A stretch of 63,974 nt of DNA, counting the filler, from Intoshia linei (lineage: Eukaryota > Animalia > Orthonectida), in the NCBI GenBank assembly GCA_001642005.1. It is 5 parts of 5 records of this genome, joined end to end, with 100 filler letters (N's around TTAATTAATTAA, not from the genome) between each part and the next. Parts side by side here need not be neighbours in the genome. Positions count along the whole stretch, not along the records: positions 38,909 to 56,265 come from LWCA01000807.1; positions 56,366 to 63,974 come from LWCA01001533.1; 3 more parts are not named here. One strand, given 5' to 3'. The position numbers and the translations under genes are program-made. The notes under the pieces are model-generated. The model made no database searches. It had not been told where the DNA came from and worked only from the letters and a program-made list of their open reading frames with translations. Positions 54,301-63,974 of this stretch are shown in pieces. The first letter of the stretch is position 1; every line of letters starts with the position of its first letter.

Positions 54301-55286
54301 TGCAAATTTCTTCCAAAATTATGAAAAACTATTTAGACCGAGATTTAACCCCAATATTTGAAATGGAACATGATATTTTAAAATTGAATAATTTACATCA
54401 AAATATCAACGAATCGACTGCAGAAGTGTTTATTGAATCAATGACTTTATGTCGCCATGCAATGGAAAAAATGTGCACAATGGTAGAATTGAAATGTTTT
54501 AATTTACTCAAACTTTCAGCGAATGAAATTAATTTAATTAATCATCGTAATCAATTTATTTACACTTTAAATTCACTCAAAGATGTTGAAAATCATGAAA
54601 TTTTTACAGACATTTACATTAAACACGTTAATGATAAGGAACAATCTCAAATACATTTAATTTATATTGAAAAATTACTTTTATTTCATTACTATAAATT
54701 TATTGAAAATGTAAATTTAATTAAATTTGTTTTAAATTTATTTAAAAAAAATTTATCCAAATCGAAATTGGATAGTGTTGACGCGGTTAATGGGTTATTT
54801 AATTTACTCATTTTAAATGTTGGAAATCAAATTAAAGTTTCAAAAGAAAATACCGTGTCTTGCCATTCATTTTTGGAACAAGATTCCAATATTATTCAAA
54901 AAAATTTTAAATTAAATGAAACTGCATTAAGTGATACTATAAATCTAATTAAGATTGAAGAAAATAATTTGATTGAAAATGAATTTATCATTCAAAAAAA
55001 CTTTCTAAATCAACAGTTTCTCATCGATTCAGATTCTACCAAAATTGTTAATGCTGATAATCCAAATGAATGCCAAAAATTATTAAATAATCTCGAAAAG
55101 GAGAAGAATCAGTTTATTGATCGACTTAATTTTAATAAGGAAAAATCTTTTGAGTCTCTGTCTAATAGGTTGGATTGTTTAAGGGGCAAGTTTAATCAGG
55201 ATTCCAAGAATGAACTTGATATTAAAAATAGGATTCAACATGAAAGTCGTATCAAATCAATGGTCTGTAATTTTATTGAAAATAAG
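51304..55286 (+). CDS. ~4-kb internal exon of an unidentified large helical/coiled-coil protein
   Basis: A 1324-aa stop-free frame in AT-rich DNA. The frame is open back to a TTTTAG acceptor at 51303, and there is a donor AAG|GTAATT at 55286. No motif recognised. Confidence 0.75.
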
Positions 55287-55589
55287 GTAATTTTTATTTT
55301 TATACTATATACAGTAGCGACAGATTGAGCGGACAATGGACCAGTTGTGAAAATTGGACCACTTTTTTCAAAATTTAAAATTTTTCATTAATTTCAGTTT
55401 CTCTATATAAAAAAGTTATATCTAGTCGAAAAGAAAAATTTCCATCCAAAAAAAGGTGCTCTGAAAAATCTGAACAAAATTTAAAAAAAATTATTTTTTC
55501 AAAATTTTTATTACGATCATAATAAGTCAAAATCAAAAAATATTTTAATTTACATAATAAATTTGTGATGAATCATCACTGATGATATA

Positions 55590-55905
55590 ATTAATGAGAG
55601 TTTTGTTGTTGTTTATAGTAAACAAGTTTATCATATCTGGTTTTGTTTGAGATAAACAAACTCTCATATTGTGTGACTACTTATCTCCCCATTTATATCT
55701 ATTTTTTGATTTTTGGTCATATCGTGCTCTCTTAATGCGAAAATTCTCAATCAATTTATTTTCATCATTTGGATGTTTTTCTATTTGTTTTAAGAGACAG
55801 GGTTTAAGATTAGAATTACACATTATAAAATGACAATTCATGCATTCAGCTCTATCATTATACACACTTTCTATAAGGCCAGTAAATCCATACGTTACGT
55901 ATTAA
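55590..55905 (-). pseudogene. Decayed hAT (Buster/ZBED-like) transposase N-terminal fragment
   Basis: YGFT...AECMNCHFIMCNSNLKP...KH...FRIKRARYD resembles the Buster-type BED finger region. Confidence 0.6.
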
Positions 55906-56399
55906 TTGTTCCATTTGCTAATTTTTTGCATTTATCAATATTAATGATTGTGCCGGGAAAAAAACCAGTACAAAATTCCCAGGATTTCCCGAAAAAAATT
56001 GAGATATACATGTATTTGATTTATGTATGTTATTACAATGAAAATATGATTATATTATAATATTTAAAATTTACCATTTCAAAAATCCCACCACTAATAA
56101 AATTTAATCAAAAATACCATTGCAAGCTTTCATGGAAAAATTGACTTACATCGATATTTTTTTCAAAAATTCGATTTTACGAAATCTTATGAAAAAAATC
56201 CACTTCATTATACCACAAATAAAAAATCTAATTTTCCAGCCCTTAATGGAAAAATATTCTTTTTCNNNNNNNNNNNNNNNNNNNNNNNNNNNNNNNNNNN
56301 NNNNNNNNNTTAATTAATTAANNNNNNNNNNNNNNNNNNNNNNNNNNNNNNNNNNNNNNNNNNNNTTTCATTATTCATCATAACCTCGTAAATTTTTGA

Positions 56400-57221
56400 A
56401 TTAAATGATTTATGTAGCCTTATAATCATGTCTTTTTTCTTTAAAATTATTTCCTGGACAATATAAGATATTTTCTACCATACATGCATTTACGAATTAA
56501 ATTTTGAACCATCATATAGCTGATTCTTCATAATTGACCATAGATTTTTTATTGGGGATATATCAGGAGAATAAGGAGGCCAACCTAATAATTTTATTGA
56601 TTCAGCAGCAAACCTTTCCCTTGTTTTTTTTCTCACATGAGGTCTAGCATTATCTTGTTGAAAGACAAAGCCAGGAATATGTTATTTAGTTGAGTAAATA
56701 GATTTTCAAATAAATTTTTTTTATAAGAATATTCGCTATTAGCAGTATGATTCAATTTCCTAATCATAACTTTCCCGCAAGATTTTAAACAACCCCAAAT
56801 CATTATGGATCCACCTTAAAATGCTCTTTTTCGGAGTTTTAATGGTTTCCACCACATGAAATTATCACTTCCATCTATAGAAAATACAATTTTATCGATG
56901 TCAACCATATTAAAAAAAGGTTACGTACACAATTTAGGCAGCCATTCTTTTTTGCATCAGTCAATGTCATTTTTTGCAATGAACGTCGATACTTCAAACC
57001 GCTATCATTAAGGGCCGTCAAATAGTTGCTCCTGAAGGAGCAACTCGCATACGAGCAGCAATGGATGTGGATGTAACAACCCTTCCATATTTTTGCACCC
57101 CATCAGCAGACATTTTAATTGCTTTTTGAACTATTTCTTTTTTTAAAGTTGTAATAAGTTCGCTTCGATTTGATTGATCTTTATTCATTTGAAATGTTAT
57201 ACATTGGTATAAAAAAAACAT
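56400..57221 (-). pseudogene. Tc1-type transposase pseudogene
   Basis: VFSIDGS, GGSIMIWG, FVFQQDNARPH...WPPYSPDISPIKNLW (catalytic E of D34E changed to K); frameshifts. Confidence 0.85.
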
Positions 57222-57834
57222 TGCAGGTTTTTGCTATATTTACCTTTTCGATACCACCCTTCAAATCTTTTTCTATTAATTTTGTAATAGTATTTGACAG
57301 TGTCATTTAGGATAATGAAAACAGTTTAAAAACAATTATTTGTCAGGAAATCCGAGTTTATTATGTTTTCGATAGTTTTGCAAAATTGGTGAGACGTTCA
57401 AAGTAACAAAATAATTAAAAACTTCAATTTCTACGACTTTTTTTACCAATAAAAGATCTTGCCAAATAGTTTAATATATAAAAAATTGAAAAACAGCATA
57501 TAGTTTAGATTGGTTTATATCAATTGCAAAATTGCTGCGAGGGAGTATATAAAATGAGTTATATCCAGGCAAAAAGTAAACTATCCATCAAAAAAAAGAA
57601 CCTCGTGCTCTAAAAAATCTGAACAAAATTTAAAAGAAAAAATGTTTAAATTTAATTAAATGGATATCATGGAATTTCATATTTAACGATTCAATGATAT
57701 AGTATATCTACGATTACACTTATAAAAAAGGTGAAAAACAACATGGAGCAGTTGCTGAATAGGACCACTTTTCCCAAAATGTGGTTGGCTTAATCTGTCT
57801 ATATTGTTCATTTATCAACATTTTAAATTATTAC

Positions 57835-58874
57835 ATTTCTGTGGCACTATTAATCATTTGAGAATCGTTTAATTTTTCCAACTAAAATCATATTATCTAA
57901 AAAGCATTTTTGAAAAATACATCCAATTTTTCCATTTCTGTTCTAGCCGTTTGTCTTGCTTTGCCTCCAGCACATCCATAATAACCCTAAAAATAAATGA
58001 AGGTTAGATTAAAAATCTTCCACTCGTGGGAACCAGAGATTCGTCATAACGAGACCTCCTATCCAAGATGAATAGATTATGTTAGAAAAAATCTTCGTAC
58101 GGTGGGAAGGATTTTTTACTCTAGCAGGGTACACTGAAAAAGTCTGCGAACCGATGGATCAACAAATTGTAAATAATTTGTATATATATTTTACAATTTT
58201 TATCAGATCCTGGTCTAGTTTTATATTCTCGGCTCTAGCTGGGACCACTGCAGTGCACTGGACTGCTGGAATCACAATCAATGAAATACTTACATAACTA
58301 ACACCACCTGTATTGACCATATATAGTTGCACTCCATTGAACTTGTCATAACCTCCAATAATCAAATTGACGCCAAACGGTCGTACTGCAGAATATCTTG
58401 TATAGGCATGCATGAGTAAAGCTAATCTTTCTTGTAAATACTAAACCGTATAAAAAGCATGAAAAATAAAACGTGTATAGGTATATCATCGTTATATTCA
58501 TCTCGATAATTTTTTGCTTCCTTGCGTGCATGTTCAATTAAATATGCACCATCGGGCAAGAGTCCACAAATTAGCTAATCGATAATTACAATCAGTAAAA
58601 TAAATACAATTGCGACGTGTCTGTCAATGGGATGAACCAATTTGTTGGATGTAGCAATGTGCAATTTTGAGCGAATAGGTTTAGTTGACGCAAAAACAAC
58701 AGATTTCTTATTACAAATGGCTAAAACTGTGCTAGAATCGGTTACTGCTTTTTGGGCGTATTCAATCTGGAAGATTTGACCATCTGGTGAATATTCTGCA
58801 ACGGACAGATCGTACTAATTAATAAATTACATTAATAATCAAACTAATTTTACCCCGGCTCCAATTGAACTCAT
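57835..58874 (-). CDS. PSMA3: Proteasome subunit alpha type-3 (alpha7); last exon(s) not identified
   Basis: MSSIGAG|YDLSVAEYSPDGQIFQIEYAQKAV, MHAYTRYSAVRPFG, GYYGCAGGKARQTARTEMEKL. Confidence 0.95.
57995..58280 (-). ncRNA. Candidate intronic structured RNA(s), snoRNA-like
   Basis: Two GC-rich, hairpin-forming blocks in an unusually long PSMA3 intron. One has AGAGTA and ACA motifs; the other has GTGAT...CTGA. Confidence 0.4.
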
Positions 58875-58929
58875 ATAATTAAATGTAATAAAATTGAGTT
58901 TAAACTGAAATTGTTATCAGGGCGATATT

Positions 58930-59289
58930 TCATCTACAACCACACTTTGTTGTAATAATATTTTCTATAGTTGTTTGCACTATGTTAAAGTCATCTGTTG
59001 TGATAACTTGTAAATTTTTGAATTCCAGGGGAACACAATGGATATTTTTATGATTTATAATCCTTTTCAATTGAGTGTGATTTAAACTTTTTGCTAAATA
59101 TCAAAAAATACAAAATACTTTTGAAACCATACACAAATTTTCACAGTTTCCTAAACACGTGTAGGCGTTAAATATTTTTGGTTCAATAACCCATTGCCCC
59201 CATCCAATTTCATTGAAATCTACAAACATATTTTCCAATTGACAAGATTGACGATATTGAAACATTATAATTAAAAGACTTAAAAACAT
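58930..59289 (-). CDS. TGF-beta/BMP-family ligand, ~106 aa, two exons (intron 59094-59132)
   Basis: CQLENMFVDFNEIGWGQWVIEPKIFNAYTCLGNC...NHTQL...HCVP...TKCGCR* is a cystine-knot mature domain. Confidence 0.9.
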
Positions 59290-59419
59290 GGATTAAAACG
59301 TGTTAAAATATAAATTGATTGGTTTTGAGTTTACAATATTTGACATTGAATTGTGTTAGTTATGTAACATGGTTACTTTATGTAAAATATTTTCAAAGTT
59401 TTAAAATATCAACTGGAAA

Positions 59420-60325
59420 ATGTCTGAATTGATGAAGCGATTCTCTCAAAAAAAGCAAACTAGTAAAGAATATGGAATAATACACAACAAAAAGTGGTTC
59501 AACGTAAATTTGATAATGTCGTGTAAACGAGCAGATTCTCATTTTGATGTAGTTTCGCGTAAAAAACCCACTCATTTACGTGGAAAATTGATTCTCGATA
59601 AAAATGAATTAGTTTTTGAAAAAAACGATGTCAAATTAACTACCTGGGCATATAAACACATACGAAGATATGGTAAGACTTATAAAGAGGTTAGCATTCT
59701 TACAGGAAGCAAATATTGCGCAGGTGTAGGGTATTACATTTTTGGGTGTAAACACAGCGAAACTCTTTATAATGCTATATTTGAATCCATGTTTATTTGT
59801 TACAATAATCAAAAGAGCAGAAAATTAGATTCTCAATTTATTGTCTCAGAATTGGTCAAGTAAATTTCTATAAATTTTATTAAAATTATTAATATTTTTA
59901 GTGAAACTGAAAATTTTAAAAATATAAATCTTGATGAAAATAAAAAAAAACTTTTCGAGAGACGCAACGTTCACATTTCAAATTTGAAATTACCAAATAC
60001 GTTTAAAAATAAGTTCGAACAATTATCTAGTATCCCCCAAACCTCTAATTCGGGTCTATTGTCTCTTCATAATCTTTCTTTTAAATGTTCAAATGAAATT
60101 AATTCTTCTATATTAAAATCTAATTATAATACCGAAGAAAACTCAAATTTTATTTCAAGTGATTGTATTTATGTTAGAAATTTATCCAATTCTAATTTGT
60201 GTCGAACAAATTCAGAATTAAATTATAAGCATGTCGATGTCACAAAAACCATTGCTCTTTCAAAAGCCGTCAAATTTGCTGAAAATGATTTTATTAAACG
60301 ACATAACATTGACAAATCCAATTAA
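59420..60325 (+). CDS. FRS2/DOK-like adaptor with IRS-type PTB domain (intron 59860-59901)
   Basis: WAYKHIRRYG...TGSKYCAGVGYYIFGC...LYN matches the IRS-type PTB pattern. The C-terminal YKHVDVTKTIAL resembles the FRS2 tail. Confidence 0.75.
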
Positions 60326-60342
60326 TATGTATCAAAATAATC

Positions 60343-61643
60343 TCAGTCGCCTTCTATAGACCATATTGATTCATTTTTAACCTAAGAGAATTGATTAAAA
60401 TTGGATTTAAATATTGTATTATATAAATTAAATCATTACAGTATACGACTTATTACATTGTGAGGGCCAAATCAAACGATTTGATACCAAAAATTTTAAA
60501 GTTAGGGCCGCCTTATATTTTTATATAATGTGGGATCGTACTTTTAAAATTTTGATCTAGATTCATTTCAAAAATTGGGTTTTCAAGTCATTCTTAATAT
60601 ATACATATTGGTACATATGTATTTACAGTTTCAACAGAATCGTTGTATTCATAATTCCCGTCGTTTGGTAGATTTGTTTCGATAATAGATTCTACATCAG
60701 CTAAATAAATTTGCTAATTTTTTTCGGGAATGGTACTTACTAGTTACATTGGAATCTGTAATAATTCTTGAACATTTTTGGCACATTATTAATTCTATGC
60801 TTGTATCTATTTCGGCTACTTTACGCATCTACAAGTTTTTTAAAAACGAATAATTTTGTTGAATTTTTACCATAACAGGATTTTTGGATTTTTTAAATTT
60901 TGTTACTCCTTCCTGTAATAGTTCATTTTCATCCTCTAAAGGTAATTTGTTTATGGAAATGTATATACAAATATACATTATAAACAATTTTTTAATTACC
61001 ATATAATTCAACACCATTCGTGGGTTCACTACTATCTGAATCGTTTTGTTCTTCTTTTTTACAGTTAGTAAATTTATCAGTCAATTTTTGTAGTTTCATT
61101 TTTTTAGTTTTTTTATAAGATGACGCTACAGTAGGTTTATCAGCAGTTTTTTCATGGATGGTTTTGGAATTGTTATATTCCAATTTTGTCAATAATTCTT
61201 CATCATTTACCTAAAAATTAAAAAACATGTAAGTATAATTATATAGAATGTAATTTGGTCATTTTTAAATCATTATAAATTTTTAGCTATAAAGAAATTG
61301 ACATTTTTTAAAAATGTATTTACAATATACTGTCAACAAATTTCCCATTTCTACATTACTTAATCTATTACAGGGTTAATTGTTTCATCAAAGATTTCTT
61401 CTGATTGATAGCTTTGAACTGCTCCAAATTTGAAATGTGATGGCACTGTATTACTCATTTTAATTTTTTCTTTTTTTGAATCTTTCTTTAGATATTGAAT
61501 TATATAAGCTATGGGATCTGTGGGTTGAACAATAACCAATTTTTTAACAACGTTCTTTAAAATTTTAAAATTAATCTACAATTTCATACCTGCAGTAAAC
61601 TACTAATTTTATGTTTTTTTAAATATTTTGTTCCAGTACTCAT
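60343..61643 (-). CDS. C8orf34-like protein with N-terminal RIIa/Dpy-30-type docking domain (multi-exon)
   Basis: KYLKKHKISSLLQ|NVVKKLVIVQPTDPIAYIIQYL, LEDENELLQEG and the CxxC motif MCQKCSR. Confidence 0.65.
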
Positions 61644-61800
61644 TTTTCAATATTACAAATTTGTTATTGATATTTATGGAATTGTCCCAGAGATATTCGT
61701 CAACACTGATTATTTGAAATAATTTATAGTGTGTTGTGGTAAAAGTTATCGAGTCGTTTACATTTATAGTCGTTTATAATACATGTGGGTCCGATTAATG

Positions 61801-62778
61801 CAGGGGTGCACAGCGTGCGGCCGTGGCCAATCCATCTGATCATAATGCAATATATCATTTTACTTCAAATTAAAAAGTTTAAATCAGATTTTATTCAAGG
61901 TCTATTTAAAATATTTTAATCAAAATTTTACATTCTTAACTTTGCCCCAATTTCTCAAATGTTGGCGAAGGGCACACAAAATCAAGGCAGATACTGATAT
62001 CTTTTTTTATGTCATTATTAATATTTATATATTTATTTTTTTTATGTCTTCCACTCTAATGTATCAACAAATCGGTTTTTAATGGAACTTTTTTCTGTTG
62101 TCCAATTATTATTAATTATTTACCGAAAAATTAATGATTAATGTTTTTTCAAAAAAATATTAGTAAAAGGAGATTTTTCAAATTTTTTTAAAATCAGGTT
62201 TTTTCTTATGGAATCAGTTAGAGGAATTATTGATCTAAAAGTTTGGTAAAATTGGATTTTTCATAAAAATATTGGTAAAAGCGATTTTTTCCTTAAGGGT
62301 TGGTAAAATTGAGTTTTTTCTTTTGGAATCAGATAGGGTAGTTTTTATTCTAAAACTTTGGTATTAATGGATTTTTTTTCAGGGTTGGTACAATTTTAGT
62401 TTTTTCTTATAAGATTTTATATAATTTGGATGAAATATGCTGAAAATTTTAGATTCGCCTACAATCATCTAAAATTTTCGTATTCACCCTTTGGGGTGAA
62501 CACTGATCCCATGAGAAGCACTGCATTAATCCTATTGCTATTTATTTCGATTCAGATAAATGTGGTGTTAATTTATGAGTGAATTAAGGATTAATTTTAA
62601 TTGAAAATTATATTAATTAAAACTTTGATATTACAATTTTTAAGAAAACTATTTTATTAGACTTAAAATTTAGGTCAAGAGTAAACTTTCTCAATGTCAA
62701 AGTAAATTTTGTGCAGCCGTAGTATCAATGAGAAAAGTAGCATTGTAGCTGAATTGGTGGAAAGGTTGTGGACCCCTG
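61801..62778 (+). mobile_element. hAT-type non-autonomous element with nested repeats
   Basis: CAGGGGTGCACA ... TGTGGACCCCTG termini, flanked by ATTAATG(C) on both sides. Confidence 0.8.
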
Positions 62779-63079
62779 ATTAATGCCTATTCCGTTATTT
62801 GCTCAAAAAAAGTTAAGTTCTAATGATTTTTATATTTCACTTCCGTTATTCGCCTAAAAATTTTCAAAATAAATCAAAATTATGTTTTCATGCCTTGGTC
62901 TAAAATAAAAGAAACTTATTCGTTACTATATTATTATTCTGATTATAAAATAAAATTTTGAAAAAAATTAAGATTTGCGAATAGAATGAAATGTACAGTT
63001 ATATAGAAAAGGTGAGAATATACGGCAAACTAGACAGTTTACGAACTAAATTAAAGCACTAGTTTTTATTATTAATCAA

Positions 63080-63140
63080 CTAGCTTGATTCGTATGTACT
63101 TGGTACAAACATCAATTGGATCTGGAGGGCCGAGTTTTTT
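63080..63140 (-). mobile_element. Diverged Helitron 3' end
   Basis: Reverse complement: GCCCTCCAG...TGTTTGTACCAAGTACATACGAATCAAGCTAG|T. Confidence 0.65.
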
Positions 63141-63295
63141 ATTGTTAGATTGATTTTACAAGTTGACAATGGGGTATCTTCTAAAAAATATTGCAACACA
63201 ACAAAACTATTTAAAGCAAAGCAAATACCAATTACATACATAAGATAATTTATTAATATAATAAAATAACATATTGTATAATATACAATTTTATA

Positions 63296-63508
63296 TTAAT
63301 TTGAATTATCGATCGTTTCGAAAGAATGCAACTGACATCGATTCATATCGTCTTTACCCTTATACTCTTCCTTGAGATTTGCAAAACCAACCCGATTTTT
63401 TTGATAGTCAAATACCAAGTAAATTTTACCTATAAAAACATTGTTAAATGTCCAATAGTTCACATTGTTGTTATTTAACGAAAAGGCTGTCATACAAAGT
63501 GTTGCATT
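63296..63508 (-). CDS. Last exon of a pepsin-family aspartic protease
   Basis: LCMTAF...WTFNNVFIGKIYLVFDYQKNRVGFA matches the family C-terminus (WILGDVF...VFD...RVGFA). Confidence 0.9.
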   Translation of the reverse strand, partial: NATLCMTAFSLNNNNVNYWTFNNVFIGKIYLVFDYQKNRVGFANLKEEYKGKDDMNRCQLHSFETIDNSN

Positions 63509-63974
63509 CTAAAATATAATTAAAATTCTATTTATTCAAAATGTATCCAAAATCTAAATAGCAATTTAGATAATATTAAACTTATATATAGGTTGGTAAT
63601 AGTAGTTTCAAAAATCAACATGTAATAAAACGCGACCCACCATGTTTTTAAGATTTTATACGAATTAAAATAAGCTTAAATTAGATTATCTATCCTCTAC
63701 ACTAGGGATTCTCAACGGTGGGCGATTTTTCTAATTTATTTCACAAAATACATAATCAAAAAAATTTTATATAACACTAGACAACAAAATGGAAATTTTT
63801 TTCGAGGATCTGCATGAAACTCATGCAAATAAAAAGCTTAAATTTTCCTGATCAACATGATGCTTCTCTTTTTAATTTTACAGTTCGCTACCAAAAGATA
63901 ATGATTGACAACATCATAGAAACTAAGCTATTTCAATTAATTTTAGTTTCTTAATTTGTAATTTAATAATAGTA

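Noticed and set aside
58100-58270. Resemblance to U14 snoRNA (TTCGCAG) and 7SL RNA (GTCCCAGCTA)
   Set aside because: The matches are too short, and the other required motifs (U14 C/D boxes, SRP S-domain) are not present.

Overview
This is very AT-rich animal (metazoan) genomic DNA, not prokaryotic. Genes are densely packed and split by very short GT-AG introns (often ~35-45 bp), so the ORF track shows mostly exon fragments. The compact architecture resembles that of highly reduced parasites such as the orthonectid Intoshia; this is an inference and was not checked. Four ~100-bp N gaps each contain an artificial TTAATTAATTAA linker, and there is a single n at 50482, so the window is a scaffold of at least 5 contigs. 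Genes recognised: a pepsin-family aspartic protease (5' part at the left edge, a 3' exon at the right edge), diphosphomevalonate decarboxylase, CSPP1-like, an intronless group II PAK kinase, PPP1R42, an NRF-6-like 5' part, RRP9/U3-55K, LCAT/PLA2G15-like, a DPP4-family 5' part, a ~4-kb orphan exon, PSMA3, a minimal TGF-beta ligand, FRS2-like and C8orf34-like. Mobile DNA is abundant: a ~1-kb non-autonomous Helitron family (about 10 copies, one head-to-tail junction), two decayed Ty3/Gypsy-type elements, Tc1/IS630 and hAT transposase fragments, and several MITEs. The main candidate novelty is a 2.75-kb unit with perfect 12-bp terminal inverted repeats and an 8-bp target-site duplication (DNA-transposon ends). 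Its only coding cargo is retrotransposon gag-protease-RT-RNaseH, with no integrase, LTR pair or transposase. Also notable are a TGF-beta gene with no apparent prodomain and no dimerisation cysteine, and a GC-rich structured intron in PSMA3. Exon boundaries were read by eye and some are approximate.
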